Source of the DNA: Callorhinchus milii
Lineage: Eukaryota
Length of the DNA stretch: 64,000 nucleotides
Direction: 5' to 3'
NCBI RefSeq assembly: GCF_018977255.1
Contig: NW_024704743.1
Location: 45,634,001 to 45,698,000 of the forward strand
The notes beneath the pieces are model-generated. The model did not search any database. It saw nothing but the letters and a program-made list of their open reading frames with translations, and was not told the DNA's origin. A program made the position numbers and the translations under genes. Of this stretch, positions 12,822-26,399 are shown piece by piece (position 1 is the stretch's first letter; every line of letters starts with the position of its first letter).

Positions 12822-13120
12822 TCTATACTAATAAAGACCAAATGTCTGTCTGTCTGCCAAGAATGCAATAACTGATTGACTTAGAGACATGGTCTCTGAG
12901 ACCTCATCGGAAAGATTTTGCATGGGAGAGTGTCATGGGCATATTTTTCAGGGATCTCCTATCATTGAGCTACATTAAAATATATATAAAAAATGCTTTA
13001 ATTAGGTCCACGGAAAGGTATGCATGGTATTCTGCAACAAAGTTGTGACAGGTCACACACACTTCTAGAGAAATTAGTTTTCAATCTATACTAATAGACA
13101 AAATGTTTGTCTTTGTGTCA
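12822..13120 (+). mobile_element. Non-autonomous Helitron-like element plus second 5' end
   Basis: a|TCTATACTAATA start at 12822, hairpin TGTGAC-ag-GTCACA 13044-13057, CTAG 13065-13068, second TCTATACTAATA at 13085. Confidence 0.55.
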
Positions 13121-16100
13121 GGAGTCCTCCCAACAGGATATGTGCACAAATGTGAACAAGGGATGCTAACGAGTTCAATGGCACATTTTCTTAATCTTAA
13201 GGGATAAAGATGCCCAAGAAGCAAATATCAAGCCTTTCAATGACAAATAAGCATGCCAAATGAAAGAGAGATGGACAATTAAATTAAACTGATTGCAAGG
13301 GTAGCAGCAACTGGTAATGCTCGTCACAAATAAAATGAACTTTGGTCTTTAGATTTTTCCTAACAAAAGGGTAAATCTGGATATATGCTTGTGGATGTAG
13401 CCTTTAAGTGTTGGAAGATTCTGCCTAAGGAGTTTATAAAACATTTTTTCAGGAAATAGAACATTATAACAGTAGTTCGGGTCCATAAAATCTCAACCGG
13501 TGCTATTAAGAGACTATTATTAATCAGACCCACAGACAGACAGTTATATTGGCATCGCAAAATACAGGCTAGCGTGTTACTAACCAAAATGGATGACATC
13601 CAGGTCACCAGATCGCAATCATTTTAAAAACATTACACTGTACAGCATGCAAGAAACAGCATCAGTGGCAAGTGGATGAACCCAAAATCTGCCATTTTGG
13701 CTTCCCACATAGTGATCAACGTTTTGAAGCACCGATGGATCAGACACATACATTCTGGATTTTAGGGGTAAGTAAATATCAGGGTCACACCCTCGTTTGC
13801 ACTATAGGGTGAACGCACAATGGGACAAAGCACATTTGAATGGAGTTCGACTGTATCCAGAACATGAGCTACCTGCAGACTGGATTGCTCTTCTTTGCAT
13901 TCCACTGGCCATCCAAGCAAAAGGCGATATAGTTCAGCAATATAGTTCAGCAACTGTTTTGTAGTTAGCAATGGAGACATAGCACATGGATTTCTGTCCC
14001 AATATTCCCTAATTTTGTTGCAGACCCTTTTCTACACAAGTATCACTGGACAGACTCATTCTATAATAGTAGTTCCGCCCTCTTTTTCTCCCATCCATCC
14101 TGGTCAAACTTTCTAGTAGCTAAACCAGCTGTTCAAGAATGGAAAAGGCCATATCTCACTTTTAGAAGAACTTTGGAGATACCTGCAAGTAATCATACAT
14201 CTTCTGATTTTATGCTTTTTTTCAGTTAAAGGACACATTACGTTTCAAGACACACCTGACCTGTACCTTGCACTGTAAAACTGGAAACTGAATAACAAAG
14301 CAAAAAATATTTTGGGCGGGTGGGAGGAAAGGTGTAAGCAGGATCTCATTAGGGCTGAAATAGCTAGAGTGACATGCCTGGCAATGCAATATCAAGTTGA
14401 TCAACTGTGGCACTCTTGGTAGTCCAGTTACCAGGTGAGTCCACAGTACTCTAAGGCACTGCCAACAGCAGATGAGGCAGCCTGGCTCTACAGCAGGAGG
14501 GGCAGACCATCACCGGGCTCAGGGATTCCTCCCACTCAGCTCCTGTTAACTTTTCAAGCTGAAGCCCTGATGGAGGTCCTAGCTGGACAAGCAGTCTAAT
14601 TTTTTTTTATACAAGACATTAACAACAGGATCATTCTGTATCGTTGTGAACACCACGCAGGGAAGATATAAAGACGTTCACCGAAAGCACAGTGGAGAGA
14701 GGTGGACTTTAAAGATCCCATGGGACTGTTCGAAAAGCCTATCCTGGCCAACAATCCCCCAATTAAAGTTAGTCATTGGTTTCATGGCTGTTTGTGGGTC
14801 ATTGCTGTGAGCAATTATGCTGTGCATTTGCCAACAAATACACAGTCACTCCATTTCATAGTAAATCCTGTGAGGCATTTGAGACATCCTTCCGACGTGT
14901 TAAGGCACTGTACCAAATGCAAGGATTATTATTAATATTGTATCTCAGTGGAACTCTTCCTATCTTAAACAGAAATCACTTAAACCACAGCCCACTGTGC
15001 GGCAGGATGGCACAGTGGCTGTAATTTTACCTCCAGGACCTGAATATGAAACCAGCTCAGACTAACGGGATAAAGCTTTAGCAATTGTAAGAATTATGTT
15101 AAATAAGCTGAACAGGCTTAAATCGATGCAGCCTGCTGTGCTTGGGTTCACAGCAAAGAACTGCTCATAAATTAACAATCTCAGAAACACATGAGAAAAC
15201 CAGGTGAGGGGTATTCAAATTTCACATTGCTTTAATGGGATAGGAATGCTGCTATTATGACCATGAGGCAGAATAGCCTCACATTTCGCCCACAAAATAT
15301 ACTGTCAATTCACTTTACAGTATATGCTGTGAAGCTCTTTATGTCTCGAAGACGTGATAAGGCGCTACATCAAGTGCAAGGATTATTATTTATAAGAGAA
15401 ATTTATAACAAGTAGGAATTAATCCCAAATGTACTGTCCCTTTCCATAATTTTTTTTGCAAAATTATACAAAAATTAATATTACAAAAAATCAAATCTGG
15501 GTAAGCACAGCCATTCAAGCCTGCCATTCTGACAGGAACAAAGCATGTGAAGCATACAATATTTAATACTAAGTCACTGAAATATACTTTTGGGTACATA
15601 CACTTGGAGGGGGCTCCTGAAAGGCTCCACGTAAATATGTATTGTATTGTGTGCACATACAGAAACTGATTAATAGGAAAGGTAATCTTGAGGTGGTGAA
15701 GCTCTACCCAGTTTGCAACCAACACTGGGAAATTCCTGGACAAGATATGCCTTAACTATAAGAGTAAAGATCTGAATCTATGACTACATAGGAAATATAT
15801 AGAAGATGGGTTACACACAATGAATGCAAGTTGATCCATGACCCATCACTGAGGTATCAAACCACTTGGTGGTGCTCCAGTGGCAGGAAAGAGTCCGGCT
15901 TCAAAATGTGAAAATGAGCCCTTGTGCTGAATTAAATGAAGAGGACAATCTCAATTTAAAGCCAAATGAAAAGCTGCCTCATGCTAGGAAGCAAGCTATA
16001 AAATAATATTGCAAAATTATTCAGAAGCTTCTAGGAATGAATTCTTTGAATGAAGTGCAATGCAGAAGCAGATAGACAATAACACAAGAGAGAGTTAAAG

Positions 16101-17042
16101 GGGGGGAAAAGATGAAGTTAACAGAACAATCTGACAGAGAAATACTAAAGATTTGTTTTGAGTCTGATGGCCTCCATAATAAAAAACAGAACAGTGAAAC
16201 CATGCCAGTATGTGCTAATGTCATATCCATATTCCATAAACAGATTACATCAGAGTCTTGGTGAATTAGGATGCAATTACGAGTCATGCAAAAAGTAATT
16301 TTATGTGAAAAGGCCAGCTAGTTCTGCAGTTAATCAATCCACATCGGGTCCATTTGTTAGACGTTTGTTCCAGGTATCCACTCTGAGGGGCAGGTTGAGA
16401 AAGGAGAAAATAAAAACTTTCTAGCCCATGTAAATGTTTTAAAAATATTTAAACCTATGTCATTTAGTTTTTACCTCATGATCTTACTACATCTATTAAA
16501 ATACACTGTCAGCCTTTTTAACTGACCGAACTGTGTTTAGCACATTCAATAAACAACAAATACAGATGCAACAAAGAACTATAAAGGGTTTCAAAAATGA
16601 ACTACGAATAATCAACAATGAACTATACAATAGATAAGTTAAAATAATCTTTTAAGACGTTGGATGGTTTATCCTGTTTGAAGTTACTATTTTAAAACAT
16701 TTTCTGCAACAAAATTAGGGAATATTGGGACAGAAAATTATTTTACATAATGCACTTTTAAATCCATTCATGGTCCAGATCTTCATGAGCTGTTTTGTCT
16801 TCTTGTAATAATCACATGGTCACAAACGTTTAAATAATTTGATAATAATCCCTTCTAAGTCTGTGCAAACAGGCAGCTAGCTGTCAGACCAATCTACTTG
16901 TTTGGTTTCATAAACCAATAACTTTTTATATCCTTTATTTCCATTGCCATAATGTTGCTACATTTCTGGAGATTAATAAATAAATTATAGCAGTTTCACT
17001 TAGCCATTAGCTTGCTATCCAGTGCACTAATTTACTGTCAGA

Positions 17043-17540
17043 CTGGCTCAATCGTTAGCACTCTCAGCTCTGAATCAGAAGCTGTAGATTCAAGCCCCAC
17101 GTCAGGATTTGGACCTCACAAAGTCCAAGTTAACACTTCAATATGGTGCTGGACGTGTGTTATTTGTTGAAGGTGCCATCCTTTGGATAAGGCTTTAAAC
17201 TGAGATCCTGCCTGCATTTTCAGGTGGACATTAAAGATCCTATGACACTATTCAAATATGGGAGTTTCTTTTGAGTCTTGGCCAACAATCCCCCAAATAA
17301 TAATAATTCTTGCATTTTCTATAGGGCTTATCACATCTTTGAGACGTCTCAAAGCACTTCATAGAATATACTGTAAAGTGAATTGATTGTATATTTTGTG
17401 GGCGAAACACGGCAGCCAATTGCGCACATTTGGTTACTCACCTCATGGCTGTTTGTGAGTCACTTTTGTGCGCAACTGGCTGATGTTTGTGTCTACAAAA
17501 TAGAGTCACTCCACTTTGCAGCAAAATCTGTGAAGCTCTT
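17043..17540 (+). mobile_element. Older Deu-domain SINE interrupted by an inverted younger SINE tail (17297-17430)
   Basis: tRNA-like head tggctca..tagcactctc, caggtggacattaaagatcc core, resumes with catggctgtttgtg. Confidence 0.7.
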
Positions 17541-18276
17541 CTCATTCAGAGTACATTGGCAAATGAAAGCTTTAGTAGGATGCATAGTAGGCTAAATGTT
17601 CATGTTTTAAAAGGCAAAATAATCATCTTTTGTAGCAAAACCTCCTGAATCTTGGAAGACAGAGGTATTTTACCAGGTGCTGTGCCACAAATCTTCCTTT
17701 TCGACCATGCTTACAGTCACCTCTGAGTCAGGCTCCGCCACTGTTAAGCGCTCTGAGACACTATCCTGTGTGGAAGGTGCTATATAAGTGCAAGTTGTTG
17801 TTAATATTATTTTTAAGGTATTTTGCTATCTGTAATGAATCGTACATACTTGTGGCAATAATCTTGGTAGGGGGAGAGAGAAGCTAAAACATATTTCCAA
17901 TTAATAGCTGATATTTAGCAGTTGTATTCATTTCACATTTGGGACAACCAAAACAATACACTATCCAATCTGCAACTTTACTCTACTACTACCTTTTTTG
18001 GGGAGAATAAGGTTAAAATATCTTCTCCCCAGTTAAAACGATGCCAACACGTAACCACAGACCACTGCCAATGATAGCGCTGAAAGCTGACTTGACTTGT
18101 CCAATTTTTCCTCTACGTGAGAAAATCTAGCAGACTGCCAAGAGTGAAAAATAGAACAGTCCAAATGTATTGATACATCCAAACTCCTTCCACAAGCAAG
18201 TGTTTTGACAACTCGCCGAGAACTGTTCCATGCAAAGCCTTATTTGCAGCTCACACAAGCATTTAATTGACATTGC

Positions 18277-18641
18277 GGAGTCCTGTAGCTCAGTGGTTAG
18301 AGCACATACCTCACAAGCAAGAGGACCTGTGTTCGATTCCTGATGGTGAAAAGTTGGGCAAGTTTCCTTAATCCACACGCCTCTGTTTACCTAGCAATAA
18401 GTATGAACCCGGTTGTTAGTCGATTGGCGGATCGCTTTTCCTGGGATAATAACCCCTTCAAAAAAAAATATTTGGTCATTTAATCCATGACGGTTTGTGG
18501 GGCACTGCTGTGCACAATTGGCTGCCACGTTTCATCCACAAAACATATAGTCAATTCACTTTACAGTATAATCTGTGTAGAGTATTGAGACATCTAGAAA
18601 ACTTGATAAGGTGCTATATCAAATGAAAGGATTATTATTAT
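18277..18641 (+). mobile_element. tRNA-Ala-headed SINE, long form
   Basis: ggagtcctgtagctcagtggttagagca A box, gttcgattcc B box, internal cctctgtttacctagca block, Deu-type tail, (att)n. Confidence 0.92.
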
Positions 18642-19849
18642 AGAAGTATTACAACCATGCAATTGGCAAACTCGTTCCAGTATTCATACCATACACATGA
18701 TAGAATATCTCGTAAACCACTACTCAGCGGGAGTAAAAAGCTTGGAATTTTAAGTATTCGGTGTCAAACCTGAAATGCAGCACTGTAGACTGGATTTGTT
18801 ATAGAAGGACTGTTATATGACAAACTCTTTCAGGATTGGGTTATTAGAGCATCCGGTGACCACAACCGACCTGAAAAAGGTATTTGGTGATAACCCAGGC
18901 TTGCTAGCCCAACATTAACATTCCTCACTTTCCTAACTGAATTATTATTAAACTGACCAATTATATTGTCTAAATGTGTATTTGTTTATTCATCTAGAAG
19001 TATATTCATCTAAACGTAATTTGGTTTCATGTAACCTCACCCGATGTGCAAATGTACTGCCAATCATTCACTCCATTTACAACAAAAACACAAGCAGCTT
19101 TCTCCTGAGCTTTGTAATACAATAAAAGTCATTTGTAACTGAACGACATTTACCTTCAATTGACTTAACAAGTACTACAACAAATGAAAACAGATTTAGA
19201 TCACTTGAAAATACACTTCATAATGCAACCACCACGCAGTTCACTAAGTTAATACCAGGAACTACAAGGAAGCAGCAATAAAATGAACAAACACCGCAAT
19301 AGAATAAAAATTTAAATATACAGAAGCACACCATTACAACACATTAACTGGGTGCCACAACAGCCCAAACAGCATTGTAACAGGGCACAATTGTCAACAT
19401 TTCCAGAATTCTGCAATTACACGTAGAAAGACGACTTGCTTCAAACCACAGGCCAGCTTTTCATTCACTAAAACAATCTTCAACTTCTGGAACTTAAGAT
19501 TGTTAAAGTTCCTTCCTGCGAGCTGCATATGCAATGTTTTAAAGACAGCCGACCAGCTTTTTTTTCACCATTCAAACAATCGATGCACATTATAATGAAG
19601 TGCATTATAAAGGAGTTCTATGGTAATTCCAAAATTGCTTCAATTTTTAGAGTATTTTTTCATTTAAAACAGTAAATATTACAGTAAACTGTAAATATTC
19701 TGTATTTAATTTTACAACAAAGATTTGAAGCGCATTAAAATACTGAGTATCCACATGTTAGCTAACCATACATTGGTTAAGAAGTGCAATACAAGCAACT
19801 GTAATTCGAGATGGAGGGAGGAATGGGTAGGAAAAAAGTCACAGACTGA

Positions 19850-20090
19850 AACCGAAAGAGAGTCCAAGAGAGAGTGTCAGAAAGTGTCCAAGAGAGTCAC
19901 AGAAAAAAAGAGAGAGGACTCAGAGGGAGTGAAAGAGTGTGTGAGCGAAAGAGAGAGAGAGAAAAGAGAAAGAACGGTAGAAATTTAGAAAGAGGGAGAG
20001 AAAGTTCAAGAGAGAAAAAGACTCAGAGAAGAGAAAGGTAGAATGAGAGAGAAAGTTAGTCAGAGCGAGAATGCCATGGAGAGAAGAGCT
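19850..20090. repeat. GA-rich low-complexity tract
   Basis: Degenerate (GA)n; a similar tract lies at 50905-51075. Confidence 0.85.
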
Positions 20091-22882
20091 GACACAGTAT
20101 TGGTCCTGCAGTGACAAAATAACTTCTGATGGAAAAAGATTATGGTAGGCACTCGAGCCAGTTTACATTTTTCATGATGCCTCATTATCTGTACTGTTGC
20201 CATATTTACAATGGGATTGATTCCAAGTAGTGTGAATAATAACACTTAGAAAAGGCTGAGATGGAGACAAAAGCATTAGGGCCTACTGACGAATCAAATG
20301 ACTTTCCTTTCAACCATAGGGACAGGAAACAGACGAGACATTTAGATTCAAACTTCATTGCTTCACTGTGGTATATAAAGACCATACATTGAGAACAAAG
20401 GCTTGGTTTCTCCTTCTCAGGGTAAAGTGTTTTCCACAGGTGACAACCGAGCTACAGCAACAGAACTGCGAATGAAAAATTCTGAAATTCTGCAAATCAA
20501 GTAAAGGTTTGGTGCAAACAAAAGGGAAACGCTATGTAGTTTGAACGCAAACCTCCATCACACAGCCTTGGACCAAAGCAATATTCCAAAGTAAGATTTT
20601 AAAGTATAATCTTAAGAGCCTCTTTGTTGGCATTTCTTAACTTTAAATAATTCCAAGTTGCAAGAGATGTACACATCTGGGGCTGTGGTAACATGCACAC
20701 AGATTTCTCCAAATTTTGTTTTTAATATAGAGGATGTGGTTCTTTCAAACAATCTGCAGTTCTTGTGGACAATTTTGCTTGGCGTTCAAGAATTTGGCCT
20801 ACATTTTCTATTACAAAGAAAGAAAAAAAGAGCAGTTTGCTTTCTGTCTTGTTTCAGTGGCTAACTTCCGCAAGCAGAAAATTAATTCAGATAGTTTTTT
20901 TTACATTTAAAAATAGAATCAAATTCTTCATTTAAATCACTTCAATGAATGCGCAAGATGTTACTTCAGTATTACCTTTAGTAGCTAAGTGATGTGCAGT
21001 TATTTTTATTACAACACATGAACATGCATTACAATCGGTGTGAACTCTGACTGTATTTTCAGCCAACTCAATCCTCCCAGTCCGGACTCCTGGTCAGTCT
21101 TGTAAAGTGCTTTGATATATTTTCCAACATGAAAGGCACCAAATAAGTGTAAATATTTGTAATAAGCAATCAGGGTCACTTGCATGCCAGGTAATCATGT
21201 ATTCAATATGTATTGTACAAAGTATTTGCAATGTTCCACATTAACTATGATGGAATTGCATATTGAAAATAAAGTCAAAGAAAGTTCTTGCTTCAACAAA
21301 CCTGTAGAACAGATTAGTTAGTGATCCCAAGTATGTATCTGTACCTCACAAAACACTCACAGGATAAGTTTGCAGCCTTCAGCAATCAGACAATTTCACT
21401 GCCAATCTAGAATTGCTGATGTCATTTTACAGTTCAAGACGGAAACTGCATGAGAAACCACTACAGTTCAGAGAAGCTGATAATTTTAGAAGACACAGGC
21501 TGGTGAAACACACTGAGCTTATTTACACAGAGTTGTGGTGGCAAAGTATTTGTTGGATGTGAGATCCACTACTTCACTAGTTTTGCCACATTAAGCTTGC
21601 AGCATTGCTGGCTCTTACCACTTCAATTTATGTCTGCCTCTAATCTTCCTTGTAATAATCGCTTTCCTCTTTTCCTACGCATTAATTTTCACTTGTACCT
21701 CTGTCCCACATTCTGATCCTGACATGTATGCTTTTCATTCCNAAAAAAAGCATGCAGCAGAAGATCCTCAAGTACAGTTAATAGTTAAGACAAGACACCG
21801 TTTAACTTACCCCCAGTTACATCTCTGTCTTAAAAATCCCCAAATAAATAGTTAATTTTAAAATAAATATTGTAAGAATATGTAATTTGACAAATAATTT
21901 CTTTGTGTTGCTGATCTTTACTGGATATTGTTTTGTTCTGGCTTGTTGCTGTGACTTTACAATGTCCTTTAAGCAAGGACTTTTGCATGTTAATTCTTTT
22001 TCAAGGGGAATATGGCCTGAAGTTATTATGTTCCAGCATAATCTATAATCCAATTACCATAATCACCACCGCCAAGGAGAAGAAAATAATAATAATCCTT
22101 GCATTTGATATAGCCCATTATCACATTGTCAAAGGTTTCAAGGGGCTGCAGAGAATTTACTAGATGCAGTGACGGCATTTTGTAATGGGGGATTGTGGCC
22201 AGGACCTCTGGAGACATTCCCTCCTCTTTTCTAGACATGCCCTTGTATCTCTAGCGTCTGGCTGAACAAGGCATTGGTTTAACGTCCCATCTGAAGGACG
22301 GGTCCTCCGACAATACAACACCCGCCACCCCCCCTCCCCCCCACCACCTCATTAGAGTATCACCTTCGAGCGCTACCAAATGTTCACGAGTTCGTACTTG
22401 GTTAGTTGTTTCCAATTTAGTGGCGGTGCTTTCGATTTTACCCCACAATGTAAATGTCCACTTTCCCAGTACCAGCAGCTTTGTGCTACTGCAGATCCGG
22501 GTATATTAAAACCAGATCTCAAACAACTTGCCAGGTAAATCAAGCATTCATTTTCCCACTTACGTAATGGATCATAAACCGGATTCCGCAAAACTCTCAG
22601 CACGCTGAACAACAAGCCATTAATGAGCAGCTTCCTTATGGTTGAAATGTTCGGGATATCGTAAGCCAAACGTGCAGTAATCGTGAAATTGACAAATATA
22701 CAAACATTTCTGTTTAGTACGAGCGACCTAAGGAAACGTCGAGGACTAAGCTACGAAACGAAGGATTTGAAGAGCACTCTGTCCTGGCTGGCACCCCGAT
22801 CGAGCCCGTTAAGGATTCAAACTGCTAAACAGTGAATAAAGCAAGATATCAAGAACGATGTTTCCCCTCAATCAGAACTTAC

Positions 22883-23122
22883 CAGTGACCCCGGGTGTGT
22901 GGACGAAGACATGAAGCCACTTTGCTGTCCAGATCTACTGTTACAGTTCAACTGTCTGCCTTCTGAACCCTCACGGACTCTCGTTCCGGAACATGGCTAT
23001 TTATGAGCAACTTCAATTGTCAAAGATCCGAGTGGTCTTGTGAGACGATCTCTATTTGAGGAGCTCTGAACCTCTGAACCCCATCAAGGAAGGCATTTGG
23101 CATTCTGGCCGTGTAATGCACT
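22883..23122 (-). other. Candidate internal first exon of SLC4A7 (in-frame ATG at 22912 gives MSSSTHPGSL)
   Basis: Consensus donor CTG|gtaagt at 22882-22877; Inr-like TTCAGT with A at 23122, 30 nt downstream of TATATAAG (23152-23145); locally CpG-rich. Confidence 0.45.
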
Positions 23123-23940
23123 GAATAGCACGAGCGATGAACTTCTTATATAGCGTTAATACAGAGCTGAAAATAGAGCCGCGTTTCTATTTATTACACT
23201 GATGTGCATAATTGGCTGGCGCATTTCACCATTCATTTTACAGTATGTTCTGTGAAGTGCTTTGGGACGTCTAGAAGACATGAAAAGCGCTATATGAAAT
23301 GCAAGGATTATTATTATTATGATTATTATTATTAATACCTCATTGCGGTGAGTGGGGCAATAGAGCCAAAATTAAGCTCAATTCTGCTCAATTTTAGGTA
23401 CGAATTGCTTTTTTTTTCTCCCTTTATTTGGCCTTAAATATTTATTTTCTGTCTTATTTAGGCAGAAATCAAGGATAAATCAATTGTACAACATCATTTC
23501 AAATTTCAACACAAAAACAGCGTTCAATTTTGAATTCAACATTTTTATTTCAAGCGTTTACAATTAATTGCTCAAAAATGTATAATTTATTTTACATTAA
23601 ATATAGTAAAGTAAATGCAGGGAAACAACATCTTGTCATTTAAAAACAGAGTTAGATGGCGAAGACCTGCCTCCACTCCATAAAGCAATCAAAGTTAAGT
23701 ACTCAAGAGTGAATTCTTCACTTGATCAAAATGTCCTGATTTTCGGGGAGAAAGGAGAATGAAATCTGGTTTAGGATATTTCACTTCTAGAACTTGAAGT
23801 CAAACATTGTGCAGATTAAAAACTTTTCTCTGATATAAATTAATTAAGTCTCAATTCAGATTGCGCACATCAGCAACACAAAACTGCCCACAATTCAGCA
23901 CGAACGCAAAGTTCAAAATCTCCCTCTGAAAAGCCACAAC

Positions 23941-24259
23941 AATAATAATAATAATCCTTGCATTTGATATAGCGCTTTTCACGTCAGGAGGACGTCCCAA
24001 AGCGCTTCACAGAACATACTGTAAAGTGAATTGACTGTATATTTGTGGGCGAACGCGGCAGCCAATTGCGCACAGCAATGTCCCACAAACAGTCGTAGAT
24101 TGAAAATGACCAATTTATTATTGTTTTGTTTTTTTGGAGGGATTATTATTAGGCGTGTGGAGTAAGGAAACTTGCCCAAGGTTTCGCCCTCTGCCTGGAA
24201 TTGAACTTGGGTCTCTTGCTTGCAAAGCGAGTGCTCTCACCACTGAGCTATAGGACTCC
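23941..24259 (-). mobile_element. tRNA-Ala-headed SINE, young short form
   Basis: Near-identical reverse complement of 35680-36015 and 55198-55534. Confidence 0.95.
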
Positions 24260-25239
24260 AATTTTGACCTAAAGAAACTCTTAAAATGCTTAAACAACAG
24301 AATACCCAGTGCTCTCTTTGTAAAGTGCCATATGTTGTAACAGTATCAGAAACATGCTTTTTTTATATAATACATTAAACAGACAATAAGTAACATGCGA
24401 CATTTGTGCAGGTAGAGTTCCCTTTGCATATTAATTTCACATTGAGACTCACTTTACTCTTCCCCCAACAAATGCTACCACGAAGAATGCGATCAATACC
24501 CAAACCACTTGCTATGTAAGATTACTAAATATACTGCTATACAGGAAACAGCATGTAGTACACTGATTAAAATCAACTATTGCAAACAAGCAACCATTTA
24601 TTGGATAAGATATTGTGTTCCTTCACTATTTACTTCCTTTAAAAAAATACCAATTGCAAAAACTTGAACTCATGTTTGGTATTTAAAAAAGGACGCTTTA
24701 TAATATTAAAAGAGCAAGTCTGCTTCGGGCGGGGAACAAACATTCCTACTCCAGTCAGTACTATGTATACATGCATATAATATTTACTTAGAGCACACAA
24801 TATTGGCAATTCACAAATATGTCTAGTCATACTGTGTGAAGTTTTTTTTAATAAACAGAATGTTGCCCAAAAAATGTATGCAAACGCCAAACCAATCAGC
24901 ATTCCAATGGCAGTGCTCACCAGGTCCTTATTATGCTACAATCCAGCAGTTGGTTATCGTCTGCTTTTTATTTTCAGAAGTAAAAACGGCAGCTCTGAAA
25001 AGAACGTCTACGTATCCTTTCAAAAGCAACCCTTCTGTTAATTTTAAACATTACAGTATTACACAACATTACTGTTCTACTTCAAGAAGTCCGCCCTCCC
25101 ACAAGTTATGACTCTTCATGCGATTCAGTTCCAGGAAGGCAACTGTTCTCAGGTTAGTATCGTGCCAAAGTGGCCACTCTTGTATGTCAAGTGCAGACTG
25201 TCAATAGTATCATGAGATGAACAGCCTTTCTCCTCAGGC

Positions 25240-25965
25240 GCTGAGCATCACTATCCATGGTCACACTCTCCACCTTGCTAAGCCAGTCCGTAACCTTGGC
25301 ATCTTGTTTGACCCTCAACTATCCTTTCTACCCCACATCTGTGCCATGATCCGCTCTACCTTCCCCCACCTCCACAACGTTGCCCGGCTCTGCCACTGTC
25401 TCACACTGCAGGCCATCGAAACCCTCATACATGTTTTCATTACGTCGAAGCTCAACTATGCAAACTCATTGCTTGTCAGCAACTCCCCAACTCCTGAATC
25501 CATAGGCTCCAAATCATCCAGAACTCTGCAGCCCGTGTCCTCTCCCGCACTCGGCTCCACGACCCTATCACCCCCATCCTTGCCCAACTCCACTGGCTTC
25601 CCATCACACAGAGGATACAGTTCAAGATCCTGGTCCTCACCTTCAAAGCCCTCTGTGGTTTTGCTCCCCCCACCTCTGTGACCACCTAAACCCCTACCAT
25701 CCTGCTCACTCCCTCCGCTCAGCAGGGTTCGGGCCTCCTGACACTCTGCCCCACCCACTGGAACTTCATCCAGCAGTCCCTCCATCTCGCCCCCTCCCTC
25801 GCCACATTCAAGACCCTCCTCTTCGACCATGCTTTCGATCTCCCTGATTCCCCCCCTGCCCCTCCACCCTCCCTGACCCCCAGCTTGGGTCCAAAACCCT
25901 GTCCGTCCAGCCCCTTGGGCATCCTCCTGACGTGATATACAAATGTAATTTTGTTGTTGTTGTTT
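25240..25965 (+). mobile_element. L2 LINE 3' fragment (RT C-terminus, 3' UTR, (ttg)n tail)
   Basis: VRNLGILFDPQLSF, ETLIHVFITSKLNYANSLL in ORF 25217-25681. Confidence 0.92.
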
Positions 25966-25987
25966 TCCAAATAAACCAAAAGATTGT

Positions 25988-26367
25988 GAATCCTGTAGCT
26001 TAGTCCCATGGTTAGCACGCTTGCCTCACAAGCGAGGGGACCCGGGTTCGATTCCTGAGGGGGGCAAAACCTTAGGCTAGTTTCCTTACTCCACACGCCC
26101 ATGTTCACCTTAGCAGTAAGTAGGAACCCAGTTAAGTCTTTTGTCGGATTGCTTTCTGGGAGTAATAATCCCATCAAAAAGAAACAAAAAAATAAACTGG
26201 TCACTCAATCTACAACGATTTGTGGGATACTGCTGTGTGCAATTGGCTGCCTCATTTTGCCACAAAATATACAGTCAATTCACTTTACAGTACATTCTGT
26301 GAAGCGCTTTGAGACGCCTCAACGACATGATAAGGCGCTATAATCAAATGCAAGGATTATTATTATT
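25988..26367 (+). mobile_element. tRNA-derived SINE, long form
   Basis: Homologous to 18277-18641. Confidence 0.9.
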
Positions 26368-26399
26368 TTAGTATTTATAGTGTCTCAGATATCATAATC

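Noticed and set aside
13762..13980. 72-aa ORF as a host or transposase exon
   Set aside because: No recognisable motif or convincing splice sites.
21742..21742. Ambiguous n bases (also 37131, 44778)
   Set aside because: Single uncalled bases next to homopolymers; assembly artefacts.
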